A stretch of 64,000 nt of DNA from Phoronis australis. Taxonomy: Eukaryota > Animalia > Phoronida. Where the stretch lies: NCBI GenBank assembly GCA_002633005.1, contig NMRA01000091.1, forward strand, positions 891,820 to 955,819, written 5' to 3'. A program made the position numbers and the translations under genes. Shown here piece after piece: positions 1 to 13,000 of the stretch. Below the pieces are notes generated by a model, which saw only the letters and a list, made by a program, of their open reading frames with translations, was not told the origin of the DNA and did no database searches. Numbering within the stretch: the stretch's first letter is position 1; each line of letters opens with the position of its first letter.

Positions 1-253
1 GATATTGTGTCCTTATTGGCCAGCACTGGCATAAGGGCCGCGACAGCCAACGTCAGCACTCTCCAAGGTGAACAACAGTCGTCTTTCAATGCTGACAGGG
101 GGCGTGCGCGGCAAAAGGCCAGCGCAGCAGTGAGACTCGTCAAATACTGTCTCACTACAAAAGTAAAAACGAAACAGCACTCTTCATCACTGTTCATGTC
201 TCCAGAAAAGTTCACTTTGAGCCCTTTGAGTCGCAATTGATATTTAATTCCAG

Positions 254-1082
254 ATGAGAATGAGCAAGCCACTGAGTCGAGAGCAACTCCAGAGAATGGA
301 GGAGAATAGAAAACGTGCATTGGAGCTACGTGCAGAGAAGGCTAAATTGTCCAGGCTGAACGACGTTATTCCTGTAAACACCAGACCACAAGATACAAAC
401 AAGACTCAGACTGGCTTGAAGCCGGCATCAGTTTTGAAAGTGACTAATGGATCTTATGTAACTACTACGAATTCTACATCCAATAATCATATGACTACAA
501 GCCTTGGCTCTATCTCAGGGTCACTAGGGTCACTCAAAAGTGACCACAGGTGCTTACCAGTCACAAGTTCATGTGCTGTAAGTGGTGGGATATCTTTGAA
601 AATGTGTGGTGCTGCATCTAATCAGTTTCAGACATTGAGAGACTGCCCCTCAAAGCCTGCTCTAAAAGTTACTTGTCAACTGAACTCGGTAGATGGTGGA
701 TCGAAAACGCTTCAGCATTCAAGCATATGTAATTCTTCAACCAATCGGGCTCAAACTTCATCCAGTTTATCTTCAAAGTCAACCAATCGGACTCAAACTT
801 CATCCAGTTTATCTTCAAAGTCAACCAATCAGGCTCAAACTTCATCCAGTTTATCTTCAAAGCCAGTTAACGCAGCTGTGAATAAGACTTCTTTCAAGCA
901 AAAAAACAATGGCTATGTCAAACCTATGGTGCCACCAAAGAGCTTGGATGCCCATAAATTTTTTGGTCACAAAAATATGACTGGAGTTTGTCGACTGATG
1001 TCAAGGGACCGTTTCCAAGTGGATGTTAGCTACTGTCAACCCCTTGTTGATTTTTTCAAGTTGTCATCAACTGGAAAATACG
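254..1082 (+). CDS. SMARCAL1: SMARCAL1 coding exon 1 (RPA-binding motif, Ser/Thr-rich linker, start of HARP)
   Basis: Acceptor-like ttccag immediately precedes the ATG, implying an upstream non-coding exon. Donor G|GTTTGT at 1083. Confidence 0.9.
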
Positions 1083-4000
1083 GTTTGTAGCTGGAAAAAA
1101 TTGATGTTTTAAAGACTTAAAGTAACTTTTACTTAGTTTTTAAAGTAGTTAGCAAAAGTCTCTTTTCAAAGCTCATTGGAAATGTAATGTTCAGCTGCAG
1201 TTATTTATCAGAAAAAGGTAACTGACAAAAATACAATTTTTCCAATTTTCAAAGACTTTTCAAAATGTTAATTTTGTTATCAATTTTTTAAATTGATAAA
1301 ATATTGACTGTTCTTTTCTAAAATATTGTGTGCTAAACATGAGAAGTGTATAGTTTGTGGCTTGCATAAGTTTCATGGAACCTAAATTTTGCCGGAATTT
1401 TCTGTAGATAAGCCCATGGGCTTGTATTCGGAAAATGAAAATTTTCAGGCATTTTAGTAACACCAAATAAACGAACAGGCATAATGCACCAACACCTTTT
1501 TCGTTACATTATAAATCATAAATTCTCCACAAATTAAATTTGTGACAAAACGTTGACCGTGAGTGGGCTTTTAAGAGGAAATTTTCCGAATGTGTACACT
1601 TGACACCAGAAGTTGTAACACCAAATAAACGCCAATGGGTATTTATTCGGCATCATTTTCCGAATAAACGCCCATGGGCATTTCGTTGAGTGGGCTTATC
1701 TACAGAAAATCCCTGTAATATCATGTGACATCATGTTGGTACATCATCGTATCTAAGGAGTGGTTGCTCTGCTGTATGCAGCAGTTTGCTGTAACTCTGG
1801 TGCTCTCCTTAAATTTTAGATCCCACATCAAAGTTATGGGACTTCAGCATGAGTGAATATAACAAAATAAGTAAGTATTACCTGTACTCAACAGGGGGGT
1901 GGTTTAAATTTACATAACGATGACTTTCAAAACACGAGGGATCTGATCCTTATCAACAGTTTTAAATGTTGGGTTAGGTCTTGTAATGATTAATGTTTGG
2001 GCTGCCATCTCATGGCAGAACAAGAGGTTTTGTGTGAGAAGTTCTTGAATTTTACTGTGCAAGCATTAACTTTGAGGCTTTAACTCGTCTTTCATGTATT
2101 CTGTTGACTAATCTGTCATAAAACTAATTACATAACCTAACTCTTTTAATAGAAGGAGGACACATTGAAACTGTTAGGTTTTGTAATTATAACTGTTTTA
2201 TAGAAGGAAGCACAGATTTTTACTCTGAAATTGGAGGTTTCCTGGAATGAAGTCATGCAAAACCTTACTTTGCACTTGTTATGTCTTTGATTTTGGATAT
2301 TTTTAGTGTGATCGAATGTGTGTGGAAAAGTTGCGAGAGAGAGCATTAAGTCCCCTAAATATTCATAATCACAGATAGCTATTATCCTGTCCAGATAGGC
2401 TGAGCACAGCTTAAAAGGACACCAAACCCGGTTTAGACCTATTAACAGAATGCTAAAAACATCTTTCCCGTCCAGTTCTATGAAACTAAATAATGCTCTG
2501 TAACCCTTGACAACCCTAAAAGTTTGTAGGAAAAATTGAAAACTCCTTTCAAAGTCTGCTATACGGTCAAGCGTGACCTACACTTTTAGCCAATTGCACG
2601 ACAACTGTGGGAAAAGACCACCCTCCAAGGATCATAATATCCAATCTGTTACATAGGGAGTATGAGATTTTAGGTCATGATTCCTGCCTTCAACTTGGTT
2701 GGTTGACGCCAATGATGCATTAGTAGGTGACAGAACAAGGATTGGTTGAAATTATCAAAACAGGGTTTAGTATCCTTTTAACAGTAGTTTGTGACTTTTT
2801 CATGCTGAGGGTGTTATGTGCTATCGTGGGTAATAAGGTGCACATAACTTGCTTTGAAAGTGACCGATATCATGCGTAAAATGGTGACCCCTTGCACTTA
2901 AACATCCCAGCGTGTTCTGTCTGTAGCCCTGTGTTGAGAGGCCTTGAAAATGCCTTTGTCAGACATCTGTGTCAGCACTAGTTGCAATACCGCCATTGGT
3001 GAATACCAGCCTGGCTTTGAATTTTAAACAAGTAAACAAAGGTCTGCTCATGAATAAATTTCCCCAGAATTAATCCTGTGCAATTTGATGGAACTTTTGT
3101 GTCCTAATGCAACATTTGCGAAATATGCCTTAAAAATAATGGGATTATTTCGGGCAGTTTTCATATGCAAACGGCACTTAAGACAATCTTTCCTTGTTGC
3201 CTGCTCTCATCATTTAGAATGTAAAATGAGTTTACTCAATCAAGAGATAATCACACGTTGAAAGTTATTTCATTTCATGTGTTTCAACCCTATGTGTTCA
3301 TATTTTACAATCATTCTTTAATTCAAAACCTTAACTGTGCATGTTTATGGTCTTGAGGGTCATCATAAGAAAAAACATTTAGCGGTAGGCTAATTTGTTG
3401 TATACTATCCTATAACTCATTTTGTGAGATTTTTATGTATTATGTGAAACATGAGTAATAAACACTGTTGGAAAATGATGGTTACAGTAAAACCTTACAA
3501 ATGTTGGACAAAAATGTTGCCAAAATTATTCTTTCTTCATTTTCAAAAGCTTCTAACATTCTTGTGAATGACCACAGTTTACCAAAACATTGTTTGTAGC
3601 TGTGGTATACGACTTTAAAACAATAAACATTGTTTGTAGCTATGGTATACGACTTTAAAACAATAAACGTTTGTCTGTTTGTAGCTATGGTATTGGACTT
3701 TAAAACAATAAACATTGTCTGTTTGTGGCTGTGGTATACGGCTTTAAAACAATAAAAAATTATCTGTTTGTAACTATGGTATACGACTTTATGAACATTG
3801 TCTGTTAATTTATAGCTATGGTATACGACTTTAAAACAATAAAACATTCATTTGGTGCTGTATATTTTTTGTGAAAAAGAAAAGAAAACAAAATTTCACT
3901 TCTTCGCAATATTGTGTTTGAGAATAGTGAGATTTTGTATCCACGTTCTTCGTTTCAACTCTCAATTTTACTATCAGTGACATCATCTGTTTCATTTCCA

Positions 4001-7000
4001 GTTATCGGTGCTAATCAACTTAAGCCAGACATTGTTCTGGAGCCGCTACCCAAGTGGGTTTTGAAAATTTTCCGACTGCAGGTCAAAGGTCATCTTTCTC
4101 CTGGTGTCAGCTTCGAGATTCCACAAGTGGACTTGTCTCCTCTTGGCGAGAAGCTGGTTTCTTCTCTTCGGCCTTTTCAACGCACTGGAATTAAGTAAAT
4201 GCATAAATTATAAAACCCCTGAGAATTGTGTCAGGAAAATCAGTTGGATGACCTGTTAAGGGGAGTGGTGTTTGAGAAGAAAATTTACTTTTCAGGCTCT
4301 TTCATGCTAACGTTGACGTGTCAATGTTTTGAGGAGTTGCTTTCGGCATTAATGGTTAACTTTAGTCCTTTGATCGAAGTTAGCAGCACCAGTAAACTTC
4401 ACAGTAAACGGTTTGATGTAACAGCGGAGTGTCAATAGTCCGGTGCAGTGTGAACTGTCAACTTCGGTCCCATCGAAGTTATCGCCAGGGGCCACTGTTA
4501 TTGTCAACAACTAAAGGGCAGTGTTGTCGCTAATAGTTGCTTATTTTTTGCTTGAATAATCACCAATTGAATTAGAAATAAGCTTTATGTCAGCGCATGT
4601 AAATATTCTCAAATTGTCACATTAAAAAACCCTCGCATACCCGGAAGGCATCAGCGCTACCTTGCGATTACTTCGATGGTGACATCGTCACCTACCGTTT
4701 ACTTCGATGTCCATTAACTACTGAAGTCGGTATGAACGGTTCAATTAACTTCGCACTTTACGTTGACGCTCTGTTAAGACCGGAGTTAAGCCGGTATGAA
4801 AGGGCTTACCACGAGTTGACACTATGTTACAAATTACCAATTTGTCAGTGATGTAGAGTTGTTGATGTGAATGGAAATGTTCAAACATATGATGAAAGTA
4901 CACTTTGAAACTGTTTATAGTTATTGATAAAACAATCAGATACCTTACTTGTCAGGGGTAACGCCCAGGGGGTTAAATTGTAAAACTCTAAAAATCAAGG
5001 ATTGGGTGTTGAGGTGAGTATGGGTGTTAAAATTTTGCTTTAGACAAGTTTGAGGTGGGTGTTAACTGGAATCGGGAGCCTCATTTACTTCAGACTTTTG
5101 TGCAAGAAACAAATATGATGTAGGAGAGTACGGGTATGTTCTCGCTCGAGTAAATGCAACGTGTCTCTGAAACTCTTTGCCTGTTCATTACTCGAAGCTA
5201 AATGAGCTAAAATTTGACCACTAAATTTTTTGTGGGAGTTGGGCATTCACAAGACATGAGTGTTTTCAAGGAACTCCTTATCGTATCAACTGGCATTGAA
5301 CGTTAAGTTTAGTATGGGCTTTAAGAATTGAAAATCGGGGAAATTTTGGGAGTGGGCTTTAAGACAAACATGGCCCTTAACTTGGATTAGTACAGTGCTT
5401 TTCGTTTTGTTATTTAACCCACAATATGTTTGAAGTTGGTTGTGGTGCCAAGTAACATGTGCTCCAGTCAGCCTTTGAAAAAAAACATGAAAAGATTGGT
5501 GGAATATTTTATAATAGGTTTTCAAATAAACTAAACCAAACCGATGTTACTCTGAAGTGTTTGCATTTGCTGCCATTTTTATCGATGATCATTTCCATAT
5601 ATGCTTTTAAAACTTTTGTGACTCAGTTTTGTTGATTTGCTCTTCAGTTTTGGAATCTGGAATGGCGGACGTGTTTTGATAGCTGACGACATGGGTCTTG
5701 GTAAGACCATACAGGCGATCGGCATAGCTTCGTATTACAGGGATGAATGGCCGTTGCTGATTGTGGTGCCATCTAGTGTGCGATTTGCATGGGCTGAGGT
5801 ATGTGCACTTATGCAGTCTTTATTTGCACAAAATGTAACAATTCACCTGCATAAGATCAATGCAGATTGAAAATTTAGATTCTCGTTGGTTTTTTATTCG
5901 AACTTTTGTGCTTCATTCTTACTGATCAGGGTGTCACTTTTGACAAGGAATTAGTTTGCTGCCCATAAAAATTAGCAGAAATTTTACACAATCTGGTTCC
6001 CCATTCTGCAAATAGTTTCAGACAGTGCCCGAATTATGAGACAAATTTGAATGAAAAAATTCTGGTGAGTTTGACTGTGCAATCTCTTTGTCGATTCTCA
6101 GCAACTTCGAACATGGCTGCCCAAGCTGGATCCTCAGGAAATCAATGTCGTGACCTCAGGTCGCGACCCCTTGTCTAGTGGACTCGTCAATATTCTCAGC
6201 TATGACATCATGGCAAGAAAAGGCAAGGAGCTATTGGCTGCACAGTTTAAAGTGATCATATTTGTAAGTTAGGTTTTCTGCAAACTCCTACGATGAAAGA
6301 ATCTTCCACGATTGATTGATATCGTTTTTGTTTTACTTAGGTTTTTATAACTGCTTATATATGTGGTGTTAAACTACCTTCGCCACTAGAGGTAGTCGCT
6401 GCTTTCTTTGGTATGTCACGATGTAAACAGTGTCTAGCTAAAGGCCTGTTGTTTGACTTTTAGAAGAATACGTGTGCCATTCATGCTTTTGATACCAATT
6501 GATGCACTATATGGATTTTAAACTTTAAAATTGTCAGTATTATTGTTTACAGTAATGGTACATATCAGTTGCATGCTATACCACTAGAACTACAACATGT
6601 TCCTGGAAACATCAGAGTAATGTTGTCTTGCCCCTTGTTTGTTATTATTGAAACTTCCATGTTTCTGCAAAATGCACACAGTTATTGTGTATTCTTTAAA
6701 AGTATCCACAAATGTGTCTGGCTAATGCGTAAAGGGAAATTCTAATATCATATTGGTGTCTGTAGTTTACGTATCTGCTGTCTTGTGTTGCTTGTGAAAG
6801 GTTTGATGTGTACTCGTTGAAAATGCCTGCGTGCTGCCTTGTTTACATTCAGCTAGACATAATCATCCATTTGGTAAAATCTTCTACGTCTTCACAGCTG
6901 TTTATCTTTCAGGATGAATCTCACTTCCTGAAGAACTTCAAGACAGCGCGCTGCACGTCTGCTTTGCCTCTGGCAAAGATGGCTCACCGGGTCATCTTAC

Positions 7001-10000
7001 TGAGTGGTACACCAGCCCTATCACGACCGGTTGAGCTTTATACTCAGGTACAAGCCGTTGACCCCTCCCTGTTCACCACCTTCCACGCCTTTGGGATAAG
7101 GTACTGCGAAGGGAAGAAAAACGCCTTTGGGTGGGACTTTCAAGGCTCCTCCAACATGACTGAGTTACAGGTGTTACTTCAAGAAAGTATTTTGATAAGG
7201 TATGAGCCTTGCTGTCTTCAGAAGTATTTGCCGAATAGGACTGAGTTTGGTACGTCAAGTGTTTACTTTTTATTTGTAAAAATCTAAAATTTACTACGTT
7301 GTAGCTCTGGCCAAAGCTAATAACCTCTAAAAGTCTTGCCCATCCAACCACAATCCCAAAATGTGTTCTTCAGCCGAAAAAAACCCAATACTGTCCCTTT
7401 AATACTGCTTCATGTTTCTGCCCTTACAGACGACTTAAGAAGGATGTGCTTAGTCAACTGCCTGACAAGATACGCCACTTAGTGTTACTAGATCCTCAGT
7501 CAATAAAAATTGACAAAACTCTCAAGTCCGGTGTACAGCTTTTGAAGTCGGACTCTACCAAACTAAAGGTAAGACAGGACGAGAAAGTCAAAGAGCTTTA
7601 AAATGTTAGAAACTGAATATGGGAAATAAGGAGCAGAGTAAAATTACTGTTTTGTATGTTATGCATAAAACAAATCATGATCAGATGTAATGCTTTCTAG
7701 CCCTTTGTGGACTTGATTCCAATTGTCGTACTACATTAAATTAAACATTAAAAAGTCACGATCTGTGATCCTGGTACAAAAATTCCCCAAAGCTGCAAGG
7801 CCTTGCATTGTCTAACAATAATCGCAGAACCTTTCAGCGATTCCAATTAACTGTTTCCCAATTATTGTTGGAGAATGCAAGGGCATGTGGGTGTGGGACT
7901 TATTTGTTTACCTGGATCATAAATTAATGGCTTTGATGTTTAAAATAAAAAGATGTTCTGTTATATTTTGAATTTTAGCCTTCTTATTTGCCAAATAGGT
8001 CTCCACCAACTTTAAAAAGAAGCTAATCTAATATTTCCTTTATTTAATTCTTGGTAAATTCGTGAAATTTTAGTCAATTCACTAAATTTTCTTGATTTCC
8101 TGATTGTCACTATGATTTTTATTCCCTGTTGTCTCCTCGGACAATCGCCAGCCAGTTCACAGCTTTGTTGAGTATGATGAACTGTTTTCTGAAAAATTTG
8201 TTCAGACTGTTAGTGTCTCGATTTTCAACATCATTTATATCCCTGTTAGTGAATTGAGGCGTGCTAGGTAGATCGGGCCTTTCTTTCTGCAAAACTGACA
8301 TGCTTCTTTTAGTAGTGAAGTCGTGTTTTTCTTGAATTAATTATAAACTGGGTCACCTGTTGCTTGCATTTGCCATATTTGCAAGTCAATTATTCATGAT
8401 TTTGCTTGCTTAAACATTTTTCAGGGTGCTGCAAGACACAGCTTTCTTCTGGAAAATTTTAGCCACACAGCAAGTTCCAAGGCCAAAGCAGTCAGGTTAG
8501 CTGCATGCTAAAAGTTGCCTAAATCAATAGTTTTTAAGCGCTTATTTGGTCCAGCTGAAATAAGAAACTTCGACATTTTTTGTTGAAGCAGCCAATCAAT
8601 TCTGTTCAGTTAATTCTTTTATCACGTGTATTTAGAAACGCTAACTTGCCATATTAAGAACCTAAAAGAATTCTACTGCAAAACATGAACCAAAACAATT
8701 ATAGTTTTCAAAGATGACTGAAGTTTTAATTTCTCATAGGTTATTATTTGCGTAGTGATCACGTTTGATGATGCCTTTGTGAGATCAGTCTCAGTCGTAA
8801 AGTGTTTCAATACACTTCTGCTTAATGTATTTTTTCTACTTTTCACAACCAGGATACACAATCTTTCTTCCTCATGAACCACAAGGACATTTTCATTAAA
8901 AGCTTTATTTTTTCTCATGAACACACTTTTTTTCTCACAAACTGTTGTTCCTTTCTCATGTGTTGCAATTCTGGTTTCACAAATTCAATTCCCTTCTTAT
9001 TTTCCATGCATGCCGCCTGTCAACCGTGAAATGAAATGCACTTTATTAGACATTAACCGAGCTCATGAGAACTCTTACTTGTCAAAAAAGAATTACTTCG
9101 ATGAAAAAAGGGCGCTTTTAATGAGAACACCTTTAAGGGCTATGAAACAGGAAGATTGGTTAGTATGTTGTGTTAATATGATATCGTGATGTGATTTCCT
9201 TTGTGTCTGTCCAGGGACTACATCTTTGACTTACTGGAGAGTGACCGCAAATTGTTGGTGTTTGGTCACCACCAGATGGTGCTAAACACGATAGAGACCA
9301 TGGCTATAGACAAGGTATGGCCTTCGGAATACCACCCAAGCTCTGTCCATCCAAAAAAATTGTAAAGTTTATAATACATGCCTCTAAAAAGTTACTTTGG
9401 CTGGCTTCCAGAAACTTGTTTTCTAGTGGATAAACTTAGGTTGCTGCTGTTTATGGACTTTTTAAACTTTTGTCTGTAGTCTTTTCGAAACCTGACTATG
9501 AATGCAATTTGATTTATATGGTCTGCAGAGGATTATACTGGTATTATACCTGCTCTTTCACTGCCAAACACGACTTTTGGCTAGTTACCCAAAAACATGC
9601 ACTGCCAAATGCACCTCTAGGCGACTTGAGTACTTACCTGTTCTTGACCTAGTTAATTATAAATTTCACAAGAGACTGATAACTGCGAAGACAACAAGAA
9701 GACAATTCCACCAAATCTCAGTCGAAAGTCAAGGTTTTCCGATTTTCTTTTGGAAGAAATTCCTGTTGATCGCTTATCTGTTTATTTATTGTTGATGCAA
9801 TTGACTTTAAACTTTCCATCGTCAAGATTCTATCAACTCAAATTCAAAATGCTTCTGATATGCGATCTCAGTTTGATCTGTCGGACGTAAAACGAGGTAT
9901 GTACCCATGCTGACTGAGTGTAAATTTCAAACAAAACACTTCTTTGATTGCTGATTGTGTTTTTTCACCTGAACTCTTGAAAACTGTACCTGGTGGTTTA

Positions 10001-13000
10001 CATGTCTCATGATGTGATAATTTAAAATACCATAAAAGAATGCATGGGCATCATATTGTGAAAGTTTCATAACAATCCACCAAAACAATTTTAGAACATT
10101 TAGTGATTGCCACGTGTATTTAGCACTGGGAAATGCTGTTTAAAAAATGGGCTGTGAAAGAGTTAAATATAAAGCTTTTCCTTTTTCACAGAAATATGGG
10201 TACATACGCGTCGACGGAACAACGCCATCTGAAGTGAGGAACAGATACTGTACCAAGTTCCAGAACGAAATGGGAACACGGCTGGCCATACTTTCCATCA
10301 CCGCGGCCAACGTTGGACTCAATTTGACTGCTGCTAACTTAGTTGTGTTTGCTGAACTCTACTGGACACCTGGGGTAGGCCCTCTGTCTCCTCAACAAAT
10401 ATTGAAAATTTACTCTACCCTGACTACATGCAGATAGTTACCGTACTTTTAGTAACAATCTTTTTTCTGGGACAATGCGAGGACGAGCAGCTACCAAGAA
10501 TAACCAGCTTTTTACTTTATCCACAATACATTTGAAAATCTCAAAGCTTTATATAGTAAATTAATTTTTAAGTGATTTGCTACATAAATATCGAAAAGTG
10601 ATTTATTTATATAATTGTAAATCAGTACCTTCCAACCTTTTGTTGTGCAGATGGCCAAATTTTAATTTAACTCACGGCTTAACACATATTAGCATCTCGT
10701 GTGATCACCTTCATAGTGAATGGATGTCTTTTGTTTCTGGCATTGCTCACCATGTTACCATTCTATGTGTGATCACCTACATTGTGTGTGACCATTCTAT
10801 AATTGTTTTTACATGGGGATCAGTTGTCATAATGCGAGCTGTCACAGGGCGACTTGCTCCTCTTTTGTCGCATTTACACTACGTTAGATCGTAAACTGGA
10901 TCAGCATGAGTCACTTACATGAAGACTGCCTGCGCATGCTTGAATAAACACTAGCTAAGGTCCAAACCACATGGAATGCTGGCATGTCACCTGTATATAC
11001 AATACTGTGCAAGCGTAGCAGAGATGATCCTTTTTAGCCTGCCCCAGTTTGTGTTTTGACATAGTTGACAATGGAGCAACTAATCAAGTGTATCTTGCTC
11101 TACCTCTCAAGCCAGTGTCAAAAATGGCTGCCGCGGTATCAACTTACCCCGTGTCAGTCATGTTTACACAGCACATACTTGTGTCTGATCAGCTGTTCCA
11201 TGTTCCTCTGTTACAACTGTCTCCTGTGTAAATGTGTAATCACCTTCACTGCGAATGGATGTCTTTTCTTTCTTAAATTGCTCACCATGTGACCGTTCTA
11301 TGTCAGGTGTTGATGCAGGCTGAGGACCGGGCTCACCGTATTGGTCAGAAGGACTCGGTAACTGTCCATTATCTTTTGGCCAGGGGAACAGTTGACGACG
11401 TGTTGTGGTGAGTAGGGGAATAAACCTCTGTTTATTTTACGGTCAACATTTTTGAAAATTGGAGCTCCTACTCAAATTGTTCGCCGTGATATTGTGATGA
11501 AATAATCTGTCAGTGATGTAGTGGATGAAATCAAGCAAACTTCGAAAGACGGTTCTGTAGGATCCTAGAAAACTGTCCAATTTTTTTATTGACCAGCTTC
11601 GGAACATCATTTCTCAGAAACAGCTGAAACTTTCAGATACGATGCTTCACGCACTGTTCTCTAAAAGGCTGTTAGGCGTTGTTATTAAAATAATCCACTT
11701 TCGCATGAAAAGCTATCAAAAACAGAACCTATGTGATTTTCGTGAAAGAACTTAAAAGTTGCATGAAATGAAAATAAAACAATAATTTAGAAAAATGTAA
11801 TGGCATTATTGAGATTTTATCTTGAACATTTCTATCATATAAAATTGCTCTTTTTGTTATTGAATGAATCCTGTTGTTTTGCAATGAAATGTACCTATCT
11901 TTTTTACCAAGTTTTACTCAAAATGCATGGTAACATGACGTAATTAATGGCAGAGTGGTATAAAGTCCAAATTAAATTTTACCTACTCATTTCTGCTTTC
12001 AGAAAATGTAATACTTTTGCTGAGTCAAATCATATAATTTTGTAGATAACGGGCTAAATGTTCGGTCTTGTCGGTAAAGTCTTACATAACGGTAAACAAT
12101 AGCCACAAAACAACGTTCATTGTAACTTATTAGGCGTGCTCCTATCAATATGTTATTTGTATTTTATTTTCTTTGTACTAGTTACTTGTTAGCTCTCACA
12201 GTGTTGGGGTTTTCTAACCGCAAAATTTAATTCATAAGCGATTGTATTCAATTGTTGTGGAACATGTCACATATGCATTAACTCTCTTCATTTATTGATC
12301 AGTGTTGCTCAATTTGTTTTGAAAGCTTCTCTTTGCCGTCTGTGTAAATATTCATCGTCGTCGTTACCTTACATTGGTGTATCAGGTGATTAGTGTAATA
12401 ATCCCGGCCTTGCGGCCTAAGCGCACCTGATGTGCCGCAAAAGGCATCAGGACACCTGCACTCATTTCTTACCCTACATTGGTTAAAGAGATTTAGATAT
12501 CAAGTGTATGAGACTACTGTTAATGTTTGTCATGTGATTGTAGGTCTATGGTGAAGGACAAGCTGGCTGTGCTGGGTGATGTGGGGTTGTACAGAGACGA
12601 CTTCTCTGATGCAACCACTACCTGCCTGAAGGTATGTCACCTGACGCAGGTTGCACGTGGTGTTTTACGGAATTTGCAGAAAATGTCTTTTCGCAAAATG
12701 TTTTTGGTGCAAAAAGTTTTGCATTAATTTCTACGAGGAATTTGTTGCAGTTACATTTTTCAAAGTTTCTTCATTCCAGGGAGTTGCCTCAGACATTATA
12801 TGTAAAAGTACGTGTTGTTTTAAGATTGTGAGTATTCAAGAGTTCAGTCGTTTTATAACATGAGAATATCACAACCTTTTGTGCTGTTTCACCAATGGAT
12901 GACCCTCTCATGGGACATGCCAGGTTTTGTGCACGAAATTTGTATTTATGTTTTATTTTTGCTTTGTTTTCAGTCTAATAAGGCGGACATTGCATCGTAC

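Noticed and set aside
7-240. 77-aa ORF upstream of SMARCAL1
   Set aside because: No ATG start and no recognisable motif; it precedes an acceptor-like cag|ATG and is probably intronic.
3585-3848. Regular repeat array superficially like CRISPR
   Set aside because: Units are contiguous with no unique spacers, the context is a eukaryotic intron, and there are no cas genes. It is a minisatellite.
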